Shown here piece after piece: positions 37,292 to 47,142 of a DNA stretch of 51,506 nucleotides. Source of the DNA: an uncultured Erysipelotrichaceae bacterium (GTDB lineage: Bacteria > Bacillota_I > Bacilli_A > RFN20 > CAG-826); the NCBI GenBank assembly GCA_900317295.1, contig ONGB01000004.1, positions 15,303-66,808 of the forward strand, in the 5' to 3' direction. The notes under the pieces were generated by a model. That model saw only the letters and a list, made by a program, of their open reading frames with translations, was not told the origin of the DNA and searched no databases. The stretch's first letter is position 1. Every line of letters begins with the position of its first letter. The position numbers and the translations under genes are program-made.

Positions 37292-37804
37292 CTAGTGGTA
37301 GCCGAATAAGGAAATCGACATTTCAATTAAGGAGGATAAGGCGAAGAAGCCAAAGGGAAGGATAAGCAATATGGGATAGATCAATGCTTCGATATCCGTC
37401 CAGGCATGGGAGTAATAGACGGGGATGGCGAACACCGAAAGCGCTCCCATGTTCGCCGCGGCCAAGAAGACCTGCCAATACATCTTGGGGTTCACCCCTT
37501 TTATGCGCCACCCGCGGATATTGAGGATGAAGCCCAGGATCAGCAATGCCCCCATGACATAGAAACATAGGGGTAAGGCGATCCCTAGCCATCCCCCGCC
37601 GATCTTAAGCAAAAAGAAAGCGCCCCAGTTCATGGAACCTTCTATGGGCGATACCATGTAGCTACGAATAGATAAAGCGATTAGGTTAGCCGTGGATAAT
37701 AGAATAGCAACGACATTAAAAGTGATGATGGCGATGCTTTTATGGATGTTCTGCCGCGATACCAAAGCGGCCTTAAGGGCATCGCCTACTTCTTTTAATC
37801 CCAT
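37292..37804 (-). CDS. Four-TM membrane protein
   Basis: Four hydrophobic segments; AGGAG Shine-Dalgarno. Confidence 0.72.
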   Translation of the reverse strand: MGLKEVGDALKAALVSRQNIHKSIAIITFNVVAILLSTANLIALSIRSYMVSPIEGSMNWGAFFLLKIGGGWLGIALPLCFYVMGALLILGFILNIRGWRIKGVNPKMYWQVFLAAANMGALSVFAIPVYYSHAWTDIEALIYPILLILPFGFFALSSLIEMSISLFGYH

Positions 37805-38094
37805 GATGATCTCCTAAATACATAAGCATTATATAGCAAAAGGAGTTATAGGCAGGATAAAAGTGAGGAAATGGGCGTGATATGAAGATGGTTGGTAAGG
37901 ATTCTATGGGGAAAAGAGGCTCTCTAAACTCTAAGGTGGTTGGCTTTTCGGGCTGGCCACCTTGTTCTTTATAGCTTTGCTTGGTTTCGATTTAAGGAAA
38001 AGGCCTCCTTTGCTATCTTTTCCTGGACGTTGGGTCCACATTGCGATAAGAGCGACAGAAACTATCGCCCAGAGGCTGTTTATGTTGGCAAGCA

Positions 38095-38152
38095 AAGAAA
38101 AAGGGCAGCAATCATGTCTGCCCAAGCCCCGAGAAACCGGGGGATAATTGCA
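38095..38152 (-). ncRNA. Candidate small RNA downstream of the Abi gene (possible RNA antitoxin)
   Basis: Extended -10 TGTTACTAT (38158-38166), CCCCG/CGGGG hairpin, then GGGCAG/CTGCCC plus T-tract terminator. Confidence 0.45.
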
Positions 38153-38212
38153 CTCATATAGTAACACACTATTAATGAGGCGGGGGAATTATTTCTTTCT
38201 TTTCAGAGGAAA

Positions 38213-39190
38213 TCAAGGTTTTTTGATTACAGGAGGTACATTCAAAACGCCAAGATACTCCATGGCCTTACGAGTCAGACCCATCTTTTTGAAAACCTTT
38301 TTGCAAATATCCATCGGCAGTTTTTCCAGCAACTCGCCAATGGCAGAATCAATCGAGGCCATAACCGACTTAAAACGGCTAGAAGGCAGAAGAACCTTTA
38401 AACAAAGAAGGACCGTTGCAAACTTCTGATTGATATCGGGGGCGATATAAAGAGCCCCCTGCGATTCCAAGAAAGCCTTCGAAAGGCGGTCGCGGGGAGC
38501 GAAGCAATACACTCTGCCATTGTGCGCGCAGCAATTGCGGAAAATAGAAAGGATCTTCAGGGTCGTTTGGTAATCGCCCTGAGAAACTTTCGCTCTCGCG
38601 GCTATTGCGTTTTTTATGGGGCGCGCTAGGCACATGTAAAAGCGACTCGTTTGTCCAAACGTCATGTTCAATGCAGTGACCCACAGGGGGATATATCCGT
38701 AGGATTCTAGCGCGTGGCAAAACGGTTCCTCGCAATGCTTGATTGCATTATTAATTAGCCCGCTCAGTTCTTTGACCAATTGTTCGGCGCCGCTGGCTTT
38801 TTTGTCATATGAGGCTCTATCTAAATAGTCGTCAGCGGAGTGCATTCTTCGCCCGGAGGAATCCTTCGCATTGCCAAATTCATAAATTATGTGCGATTTC
38901 AGCTTATCCTCGGCATAAAGAACGGCCGGGAAGAGCGCATCCCGGAGGGCAAGATTGAAGTCATACAAAGCGACAAGATCATCGAAATGCGCACCGGGTC
39001 TGTATCGAGTTTTTTGGCTATTGGGGTCAAGAAAGATATCGCGGTAGCCATTCACAAAAGCGTAGTAAGAATGATTGGACAAAACCAATTCGGCCTTAGA
39101 ATACGAATCGATAATCAGCCCATCGCTTTGTAGCTTTTTGATCTGGGCTCTAATCGTGAGAAACGGCTTCGGTTTCTTAGGCATATTCAT
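38213..39190 (-). CDS. Abi_2 (AbiD/AbiF) family HEPN protein
   Basis: KPFLTI..QI..L...GL.I, YY..VNGY..IF, LY.FN..LR, E..LK, IPLWV....TFG, RNCCAHNGR. Confidence 0.9.
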   Translation of the reverse strand: MNMPKKPKPFLTIRAQIKKLQSDGLIIDSYSKAELVLSNHSYYAFVNGYRDIFLDPNSQKTRYRPGAHFDDLVALYDFNLALRDALFPAVLYAEDKLKSHIIYEFGNAKDSSGRRMHSADDYLDRASYDKKASGAEQLVKELSGLINNAIKHCEEPFCHALESYGYIPLWVTALNMTFGQTSRFYMCLARPIKNAIAARAKVSQGDYQTTLKILSIFRNCCAHNGRVYCFAPRDRLSKAFLESQGALYIAPDINQKFATVLLCLKVLLPSSRFKSVMASIDSAIGELLEKLPMDICKKVFKKMGLTRKAMEYLGVLNVPPVIKKP

Positions 39191-39447
39191 TATTATACGC
39201 CAAAAGATTCGTAAGAAGATTGCGGCTACAGGGGAAACGTATCCAAATACTGCCGTTTCAAATCCGAGACTCTCGCGAAAAGGCTTCGAGACGATGCCTA
39301 TCCGGGTCCTTTAAACCGCGCTTCTCGAATCGTCTGAAAACTAAAGATTTGGCCCCTATTCAGTTTCAGTGCCTTTCTTAATGTGACATTAATTCTATTC
39401 TTTTCGCAGAAAATAGAGAGCTTCTAACAAACAAAAAGGTTTAATCA

Positions 39448-40965
39448 CTAATAATTCTTCAAGACCCAGTTTACAAACCCCAGCAAATCCTCGGAGGGAG
39501 AAAATTTATTATCCTCCATTATTTTCTCGACATCGACTTTTGTATCTTTATATCCAAGTTTTTTCATGGCATATTCGAGAGATTTTTGGAGGCGATCCAA
39601 AAGCAGGTAATATTCAAAATTCTCACTGTATCCCTCAATTTCATTATTCTCCCCGATTTTATAAATGATCTTGAATAAATGAACGATGAAATACATTATG
39701 GAATATGCCAGTTTCATCAATTTCCTCTTGCCTTCATCGCCCGTCCGAAAATTGTTGGCTAGACGCTCGTCAAACTGTTTGACCGTTTCGTCCAACGAAG
39801 CCTCCTCCTTTCTTTTACCTCTACGGATGGAGACGGACCCATATTTTGGCGTATCAACACCAATCTCGAACCTTCTGTTGAAAAAATCCAAAATGGCAAC
39901 AATGAGTAGGGAAACGTTGGTTCCTGATCTTAAACCCTCACGAATCGCGTTTTTCTTTGCTTCGATGGTAAAAATGTCTCCTAAGTTACGTTTATAAAAC
40001 GCCCCTTCTCGGATTATTTCTTCGTCGGTTACTTCATCGTTGGCGGGGGAAATAAAACGGTCGCGGAAAAGAGACTTTGGGTCGGCAAAAATCTTCTTCT
40101 CTTCGCACTTATCCCACAGCTCTTTAATAAACGGATAATATTGCCTCAGTGTCTGAGACTTGGCGACCTTCGAATTGAAGATCTTCATAGACTTTACAAA
40201 AACCAAATCTTTATCTTCGATTTTTGCGAAGGCTTTTTCTTCAAGGGAGACGACCTTATCTGAGAGAGAAGTTACCTCGTTCAATACGGAAATCGCGGTT
40301 TCTAGCGGAGGGATCTTTTCGTCTTTCGATTCTTCCGTTTGTCCATTCGGCAGGTAAACATAGACCCTTTTCGTGCCAGAAACGCTAGCTTTGGAAATGC
40401 GCTTATCAATGATTTCGTAATATGGAACGCCACCGCTTATTATGGACGGGTAGTTTTCTTCCCTTTTGAAAATTATATATACGAAGATCGTTCCCTTTTC
40501 GGCGGCGTAAGTAATGGCCTTGTATTTCAAATAGTCAGTTGCTAAATCCAAATAGACGAAATTATTTTCCATTTTGTACTCAACAAAGACATGAGAAACC
40601 GGATCGCTATTTAGAAAATTCTTAATCTTAAAGTAACCGTCTACAAAGCATCTTTTCCATGGCTTTTCCTGTTTAGCTGCCTCAACCTCAGAGATGCGCG
40701 ATTGGAAGCTGGTTTCATCGAATCCGTTATTGAACTTAATCGAAAACTCATTGGCAAAAAGGGGAATCTGATAATTCAGCGATTCCAAATAATCTCGGAT
40801 TTTATGATTGGCAAAAAAGGCGACCGTTCTTTCGTTTGCGATATATGAGCAATTCTTTGTGAGATAATCAAAATCCGTCTTTTCGGCTTCAAAAGAGACT
40901 GCAAAGTTTTTAATTTCGCGATCCAAAGACTCAATGGCTGGATCGATATCTGCTTTAGTGAACAT
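39448..40965 (-). CDS. Hypothetical protein with N-terminal PD-(D/E)XK-like nuclease motif
   Basis: VDGYF...VFVEYK...DYLKY; AT-rich, 505 aa. Confidence 0.55.
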   Translation of the reverse strand: MFTKADIDPAIESLDREIKNFAVSFEAEKTDFDYLTKNCSYIANERTVAFFANHKIRDYLESLNYQIPLFANEFSIKFNNGFDETSFQSRISEVEAAKQEKPWKRCFVDGYFKIKNFLNSDPVSHVFVEYKMENNFVYLDLATDYLKYKAITYAAEKGTIFVYIIFKREENYPSIISGGVPYYEIIDKRISKASVSGTKRVYVYLPNGQTEESKDEKIPPLETAISVLNEVTSLSDKVVSLEEKAFAKIEDKDLVFVKSMKIFNSKVAKSQTLRQYYPFIKELWDKCEEKKIFADPKSLFRDRFISPANDEVTDEEIIREGAFYKRNLGDIFTIEAKKNAIREGLRSGTNVSLLIVAILDFFNRRFEIGVDTPKYGSVSIRRGKRKEEASLDETVKQFDERLANNFRTGDEGKRKLMKLAYSIMYFIVHLFKIIYKIGENNEIEGYSENFEYYLLLDRLQKSLEYAMKKLGYKDTKVDVEKIMEDNKFSPSEDLLGFVNWVLKNY

Positions 40966-41350
40966 TCATTTCTCCTCTGAAATAGTTTTGATCCCCTCAT
41001 CGCCCCTGTGGCTTGAGAAACATGTCTGCAAGGCCCTCCCTACACGAATGCCCGTGCCGATGAAGATGAATGAGTCCTCCCATCTTAGCGCATTTCTGGT
41101 CCGCGTCATTTTTTCCGCGAATTCTCCATCGAGTGTCGAAAAAGACAGCCCGAGCTGAGCTGCCAATCGAGAGATTCCCAGTAATGGGGCGGGCTTCGTA
41201 CTCTCGACGTCGAGGCGGCCCGTGTTGTGAGAGGCGTAGGATTCGCCTAGGCTCAATTTCTCGTTCCCGGTGGTGAAGTATTTGTCGTAATTGAGGTCGC
41301 GATTATCCGCTTTAACGCAGCAGCCTGATGTCTTTTCGTCATATAGGTGG
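40966..41350 (-). pseudogene. Decayed ORF between the ATPase and the nuclease-like gene
   Basis: Long stop-free frame ending in TGA immediately before the next ATG, but no good start or RBS. Confidence 0.3.
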
Positions 41351-41391
41351 CTTTATGCCATTTCAAAAAAATAGCTGCATCGTACACGAAA

Positions 41392-43593
41392 TCACGAAAT
41401 GGAATCGATCCATCTAGCGATTTCAATCAGTTTCTCGGCGCCCACATCAATCAATGGTTCATACATAAAACTGTTCGCATGAACATAAGAAGGGGCAACA
41501 ATGTTGGCTTCAAGCATCTTTCCGTATTCGTCATCAGTAATGAGCCCGTTTTCATGCGCTGTATTAATTAGATTACGAGTTTTGCCATAGATCTCGTCCC
41601 TCAGCAAGGAGGAATTAGAATTGGCGATTCTTGTCACCAGGACTTGTTCCATAAATACCCGAATAAAAACTCCCAAACATATCTTTTTCTCCAGTTCAGT
41701 TTCGTTAGTTGGATCAGGCGAATTGACAATCTCTTTCGCGACGTTTCGCAACACATCCAAGTAAGATTCATCGCCCTTGAGAATCTCCGGAAGTTGAACG
41801 TTCGAATACAGGGATTGGAAAGAACCTATTTTTAATTCGGGTGAGATTTTTGAGTCAAAATGAAGGTATGCATCAATCTTTTTTACATCTTTGCTTTTCG
41901 AACCATACTGCAATTGAAGCACATTTCTCGCAAAAGGTATTAAGGCGAGATATTTGGCCGGGGTGGGATTTTTCTTCCAATTATTGAAATCGACCACTTG
42001 GAGATAATAAGGCCTTTCCTTGGTCGAGGATAAGGCGCATTCACCTGTCGATTGTTGTTTATACAAAAAGAATTGTTCGCAATTTCGTCTTCCCCAAGCA
42101 ATGATCAGCGAACGATAGAAATCAAAGTTATGGGTGAAAACAATTAACTGAAGATTGGGGTCGGACGCGATTTCTGCCAGATAATCAATGAACCCGTATT
42201 TATTCTTATAGTCAAAGGAATCAACAGCATCATCCAAAATGATTGTCAAAGGTTTTTGCTCTAAGCGAGCGGATTCAACTTCGAGAATAAAGTTGATTAA
42301 GTAAAAAGTACGAATCTCTCCCGTGCTAAGACGTTTGTCGGCGGGATTAGTTATTTCTTCGTCCGTTCCTGGAACGATTTTAACGAATGTAGGTAGCGAA
42401 GCGCCGATCTCAGCATCAAATCGATTAGTAAGTTTCAATTCAAACTTATCAAATTTAAAACGATAGGAAAACTTGTTCCAAATCTTTGTGTATATTTGGT
42501 CGTCAACTACAGCGGAATTTCGAATTAAGTCGATTCTCTTCTGGGCCGCCTTGATTTCGGCAACAGCTACCGCACACTGTGCGGCCGAAGAGCCAAGCAG
42601 CGTTACCAAAATGGCATTCATCATACCCACATAGTCAACTAATCTAGGCAGCAATTCGGGGATTCTTTCCAGGATTGAAACGGTCCGTTGCGCCTTTTTG
42701 TTCTTGTTCAGTACCCCTTTAACCTTCGCAAAAGCGGCCTGTCCTTGCTGCGAGCCATAGACATCATTCACAGCTTCATCGATCACAGTTTTTACCGCGA
42801 TGGCATCATAATCCACTCCAGCCATTCTAAAAACGCGTTGTTTGTCTGCGTCGAAATAATGGAGCTCGATCGCCTTTGAATACAGCTCCTGAAGTTGTTC
42901 CAAGGAGAACTCCGAATCGAAAATACTCTTCGTGTTTGGAATGGGTTTCTTACTTAACACTAGGAAATCCGCCGCGCCGGACTGGACATCAGGATTTGCC
43001 ACGGCGGCCCCAACTTGGTCTTCTCCCAAATCAAGGAAATCATCAATTGTGATTTTTGAAACCATAGTCTTGGCGGAAAAATCCGCTTTTTCTGCCAAAT
43101 ATGTAAATAATTGGGGACTTTCTGCAGAACACCCGGCGATTTTTGCCAATGCTTTTTTGGCTCGAGCAACTTTATTTTTCGGAAACAAAGAAAGGACCAA
43201 ACCCTCGATGGTTTTGACACCGGCCTGAATCTTGTTCAAATCGTCCTGAACCTTTTTCTGAATAGTCGGGGAAATGGCCAGCACGCTCAATGCGTCGCCA
43301 TCGGGCAATTCATAAGCGTTCGTCCCGGAGTATTTCAGAACCTTGAAATCGGGGAAAGAATTTGGAGTGGCCCTGGTCGTCTCATCTACTTCGATTTCAT
43401 AATCTATAGGGGATAAACTGCCGTAGACATCCCCAATTTCATTATTCTTATTCGAAATATTAAATAGAGCGTCGGAGATCGAAGTTTTGGCCGTTCCATT
43501 TGGAGCATAAATCACGTTCAATCTGTCCAAGGCTTCCCCGCCCTTTAACCTTCTGATGCCGTATATGTTCTCAAATTTATGGATTTTGATCAT
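41392..43593 (-). CDS. AAA_13/RloC-like ABC ATPase with coiled coil and C-terminal effector-like domain
   Basis: IYAPNGTAKTS, LSTGE, IILDDAVDSFDYKNK, FTHNFDFYR, C-terminal HANSFMYEPLID. Confidence 0.8.
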   Translation of the reverse strand: MIKIHKFENIYGIRRLKGGEALDRLNVIYAPNGTAKTSISDALFNISNKNNEIGDVYGSLSPIDYEIEVDETTRATPNSFPDFKVLKYSGTNAYELPDGDALSVLAISPTIQKKVQDDLNKIQAGVKTIEGLVLSLFPKNKVARAKKALAKIAGCSAESPQLFTYLAEKADFSAKTMVSKITIDDFLDLGEDQVGAAVANPDVQSGAADFLVLSKKPIPNTKSIFDSEFSLEQLQELYSKAIELHYFDADKQRVFRMAGVDYDAIAVKTVIDEAVNDVYGSQQGQAAFAKVKGVLNKNKKAQRTVSILERIPELLPRLVDYVGMMNAILVTLLGSSAAQCAVAVAEIKAAQKRIDLIRNSAVVDDQIYTKIWNKFSYRFKFDKFELKLTNRFDAEIGASLPTFVKIVPGTDEEITNPADKRLSTGEIRTFYLINFILEVESARLEQKPLTIILDDAVDSFDYKNKYGFIDYLAEIASDPNLQLIVFTHNFDFYRSLIIAWGRRNCEQFFLYKQQSTGECALSSTKERPYYLQVVDFNNWKKNPTPAKYLALIPFARNVLQLQYGSKSKDVKKIDAYLHFDSKISPELKIGSFQSLYSNVQLPEILKGDESYLDVLRNVAKEIVNSPDPTNETELEKKICLGVFIRVFMEQVLVTRIANSNSSLLRDEIYGKTRNLINTAHENGLITDDEYGKMLEANIVAPSYVHANSFMYEPLIDVGAEKLIEIARWIDSIS

Positions 43594-43829
43594 TGTGCAC
43601 TCCCCAATTGTTCCGCGCCCAAATCGTCAGATAGCCTCTCTGCTCAAAGGCGCCCACGAACACTAGATGATTTCCATTTGTTATACTACAAGCGAACCAA
43701 CACCCCAAAGAATCTTTTCCATTTCGAAAGAAGGTGTTTGTTAGCTGTCAGATGATGTGAGACGCCTTCCGAGCTTCGGGCACCTGATCTCGCCTGTAGT
43801 TAACAACAGCTCCCTCAACTTTGCAAACT

Positions 43830-44100
43830 CGACTTGGTCCGACGATCTTTCCCCGGCACCATCTTGGACGTCGAGCTGTAACTCCTCATCCTTCCCACCC
43901 GCCCCCTTTTGTTCTCCGAGACCCCCCGCGAACCAATTGAAAAGTTTTAGCAAGCGGTATACCGAAGATCTTTTGACGCGGTAATAGGAAAGGACCTTCC
44001 GTACCTCCCAATGGGATTCGCGGATCCTTTTGCAGCTATGCAGCCTCGTTTGGTAAAGATGGGGCGTGTAATTCCTTGCCCCGGGTTGTGGTAGACTATC
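43830..44100 (-). mobile_element. Degenerate IS481-like transposase fragment
   Basis: YTPHLYQTRLHSC...YYRVKRSSVYRL HTH-like segment, frameshifted downstream. Confidence 0.45.
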
Positions 44101-44259
44101 CACGGCATCTTCCTCCTTTGCTTTCCTGGACAGAAAACATTGCAAGGCCGGATGCCTTTTTTCTTTATGGATTTTGCCTCACATCATTTGGAATGGAACA
44201 AAAAGTGAGGAAATAGGCCTGATATGAGGGTGGTTGGCAAGGATTCACAAGCGTGTTTC

Positions 44260-44444
44260 CCGTTTACGGGAATGCGAGCCCAAACCCTGATCCTGTTCGT
44301 GAAGGTTCCGTGTTTGCACCCGCCGGGGACGTTGATATGCTCACCCGCTTTATGTTTTCTAACGCATTCCAATTTAAATTCTTTCGTAAATCTCATAGAA
44401 AAGAGACCCTCCAGTTGGAAGTCCAACTTTTGGGTCTCATCTCA
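44260..44444 (-). mobile_element. IS3/IS150-family remnant (left IR plus OrfA HTH fragment)
   Basis: TGAGATGAGACCCAAAAGTTGGAC IR-like end (44421-44444), followed by MRFTKEFKLECVRK...IRVWAR. Confidence 0.7.
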
Positions 44445-44502
44445 GATCCGCAAATAAAAAGCCCATCTTGCTGCAACGACGTTGTCACCTAACAACCATC
44501 TT

Positions 44503-44817
44503 TCAATCCAATAAATCTGGACTGATATCGCGAGTACCAAAAGGGAGGCTAAAATACCCTGCATACCCAGGATAACCGGGATAACCGGGATAACCGGGAT
44601 AACCAGGGTAGCCAGGGTAAGGAAACTGTTCGTGGATGCGTCTTTCTAAAAGCCTATTATTGTTGAAAATTGTCCCCAAATAGCGACCCGCGGTATTAAC
44701 CGCCGTTTCATCGTCCCACGGAAACCAACCAATCCACTTGCCTTTGGTGTTATAAAGATTTTTCCCAATTTTAAAAGCAATCCACCTACCAGAAGAGTTA
44801 AAGAGATAATGCACCAT
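44503..44817 (-). CDS. Small '4-fold beta-flower'-like protein with a (PGY)6 tail
   Basis: Repeats of [LF].N..G.WI[AG][FW] / NTAGRYLGTI, then PGY x6. Confidence 0.7.
   Translation of the reverse strand: MVHYLFNSSGRWIAFKIGKNLYNTKGKWIGWFPWDDETAVNTAGRYLGTIFNNNRLLERRIHEQFPYPGYPGYPGYPGYPGYPGYAGYFSLPFGTRDISPDLLD
44563..44616. repeat. 9-bp coding tandem repeat x6 (ATAACCGGG consensus)
   Basis: Three perfect and three synonymous-variant units encoding Pro-Gly-Tyr. Confidence 0.9.
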
Positions 44818-44819
44818 AA

Positions 44820-45617
44820 TTATTTGAGTGTTTTTCTGCTAATCCATTCATTTCCATTTGGACGTATAACCAATACCTCGATAGGGCCACCCACAGTTTT
44901 TTCCGTAGAAAGAAATCTCTGTGCATCAATTGTGGTTTGTATTCCGAACCGCGCAAAGTCAATCGCATCTTGGAGGGAAAACAAACCCCAAGAAATTGTT
45001 GCTTCCGAAAAAACAGTGGAACCCTTTTTAGGAATAATGAAGGCATCGGGAATCGTTATTATCGACGAACTTTTCGTATCGAAGAATTCCAGGTTTTCGG
45101 CCTCAAAAGTTTTTTTGGGGAGAATGCTTTCTTTTATTAATCTAGATAATATCTCGGTCACCCCATCCCAAATTGCTCCAGATTGATTTGGTGAAGAAAT
45201 CTCCGTGCACATTTTTAGTTCGCCGGTTTCCAAAACAATTTTAAATAGTCTTTCCGTTGAAGGAATCCCTTGGGGGTCTCTGTCGTAACCCGCTATGTGG
45301 AAAAACAATAAGCCTTTATATCCTGGTATAGAGAAAAATTCGATCAAAGAATTGGCAAAATCGCGCACTGTATGATTGGTTGAATAATCGTAAGAAGCGA
45401 TAAAACGCTCGACATAGCCGGCAATAGGTTGTCCATTAATGGATGCGACTCCACAACTTGAAATTCCGAATCCGTTTGGGGCGGCAAAAAGTTTGCGGGC
45501 GTTGTCCGAAAAAGGGAAACTTCTTTCCCTTGAGCGAGTGCTTATCGTTTGCGTTGTTCGGCTCTCACCTGCCAAAACAATGCCTTCATTGCAGAAAACC
45601 GAGATAATAAGCGACAC
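44820..45617 (-). CDS. Proteasome-beta-like Ntn hydrolase
   Basis: (M)SLII....EGIVLAGESRTT, KLF, G.ASING, IAGYD, DAIDFA, TVGGPIEVLVI; GGAGG plus GTG start. Confidence 0.8.
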   Translation of the reverse strand: MSLIISVFCNEGIVLAGESRTTQTISTRSRERSFPFSDNARKLFAAPNGFGISSCGVASINGQPIAGYVERFIASYDYSTNHTVRDFANSLIEFFSIPGYKGLLFFHIAGYDRDPQGIPSTERLFKIVLETGELKMCTEISSPNQSGAIWDGVTEILSRLIKESILPKKTFEAENLEFFDTKSSSIITIPDAFIIPKKGSTVFSEATISWGLFSLQDAIDFARFGIQTTIDAQRFLSTEKTVGGPIEVLVIRPNGNEWISRKTLK

Positions 45618-45759
45618 GATCCACCTCCTTGGCGATTGTTCATGATAATCGTATTACAACCAAAGCAAATGAAGGTAATAGAAAAATATTGTTGCTGTGT
45701 TACTTGACAGAGAGATCGCAACAACCCGGCCGAGTGTAAGGCCTTTTTCACCTTTTCCC

Positions 45760-45890
45760 TCCATCGGCTATCATTTCCTCCCCGCCGACGTCCTGAGGAA
45801 GCTCAGGGCGCTCCAGAAGCTGCTCGGCGCCGATTACGCCGGCGCGTTCGAGTGCAACCTGAGCGACAACGGATGCGAGTTCGCCAAGTT
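45760..45890 (+). mobile_element. IS30-like transposase fragment
   Basis: GC-rich patch encoding ...LQKLLGADYAGAFECNLSDNGCEFAKF (SDNG.EF integrase-core motif). Confidence 0.6.
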
Positions 45891-46019
45891 TAACAAGAGG
45901 GGCAAAGATTGCAAAATATTCCCATCGCCAGACAAAAACACTGTAAAGTTAGATTCCTTTTGTTTTGCGGGTTTTATCTCGACCATTTAAAGAAACCCTT
46001 AACCGCGATATTGGATTCG

Positions 46020-47123
46020 CTAAAGGCGTTTTGCCCTGAAGATTTGATGGTACATTTCGAGCAATTCTTCAAGCGTAATGGAGATACCAGCAGCCCCTAG
46101 TTTCGGTTTTCTCTTGCGGAAGAGTTTTTCGATCAGGATATCGGCGTCCTTCCCATAATGGATTTCATTATGACAACTGCTGCATAGAGAAATAATGTTT
46201 TCCGGGACATCAAGCGAGTTCTCAAAACGTCCTTGGAAACAAAGCGGGATAAGGTGATGAACTTCCGTATAGGGCTTGCCGTTGCTTCTTTTTATGAAAC
46301 ATTTATGGTTTGGATTGTTCTCGCACATATGGCGGGCATTTTTAAGCGCGTAGGCCGCCATTCGAGGATTTCTAGTCAAAAATAGGATGCCATTGGGGGC
46401 CCTTTGGGGTTTGGCCTTGGGCTGTGGGCGGGTTACGTATTCGTCAACGGGATCGTCGACGTCTTCCAATTCGCGGTTCAACCGATCGTCTTCGAAATCG
46501 TTTGTTTCGAATAGAGTCGCCAGTTTGCCACCACCATAGGTGCGATATAAATAATCCGTGAATTCGTGATTGGTTAGTTGAGGAAAAAACTTGTCCTTAT
46601 AATCCAGCAAACGTTTCTGGCACATTTCGAATTTATCATCCACAACGAGACCCAAACACTGTTCAAAATATCGGAGATCACTCTCGATAAATGAAGGGAG
46701 CATGATCTTTGGGTTATAAAGGTAAATGACCTTCCGTTTGAACACGGGGGATAAAATGGGGGACTCTAGATCTTCGAAAACGGCAAGATTCAGAGCTTCT
46801 CTAATAATCCTAGCCAGCTCTTTTTTTATCAAAGAAAAGGCTGTGTCCGGGTTCCTTTCGAAATGTTGTTTGGTTGCCCTCAATCTTACGATTTTGTCTT
46901 TCCCTTGCGTGCCATACCAGAGGCCATATTTGGCAGAAGTCGAGCCGCGGATTTCACCCAAATCCTTCAAACCGTATTCGACTAAGTAGCAGAAAGATTT
47001 GTTGTTTTTCCCGTAGCCGATTACATATTCCCTCGGATCGGACATGTTCTCCAAATAATCGGGGACGAAATGAGTAACCAAATAATTCCAATCTTTTTTT
47101 GTTTTCTTGGTGAGTTTATTCAC
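46020..47123 (-). CDS. HNH endonuclease (McrA-like C-terminal domain) with N-terminal putative DNA-recognition domain
   Basis: CENNPNH..F...GKPYTEVHHLIPL...NIISLCSSCHNEIHYG. Confidence 0.88.
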   Translation of the reverse strand: MNKLTKKTKKDWNYLVTHFVPDYLENMSDPREYVIGYGKNNKSFCYLVEYGLKDLGEIRGSTSAKYGLWYGTQGKDKIVRLRATKQHFERNPDTAFSLIKKELARIIREALNLAVFEDLESPILSPVFKRKVIYLYNPKIMLPSFIESDLRYFEQCLGLVVDDKFEMCQKRLLDYKDKFFPQLTNHEFTDYLYRTYGGGKLATLFETNDFEDDRLNRELEDVDDPVDEYVTRPQPKAKPQRAPNGILFLTRNPRMAAYALKNARHMCENNPNHKCFIKRSNGKPYTEVHHLIPLCFQGRFENSLDVPENIISLCSSCHNEIHYGKDADILIEKLFRKRKPKLGAAGISITLEELLEMYHQIFRAKRL

Positions 47124-47142
47124 GATTCAGCGTTCCCTTAAT

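Noticed and set aside
37964-38110. sgRNA/tracrRNA-like appearance (GTTCTTT...AAAGGGC stem)
   Set aside because: No Cas9/IscB/TnpB gene or CRISPR repeat nearby; the resemblance is superficial
44563-44616. Tandem repeat as a possible CRISPR array or contingency locus
   Set aside because: In-frame 9-bp units without spacers; no cas genes and no repeat-spacer array seen anywhere in the window
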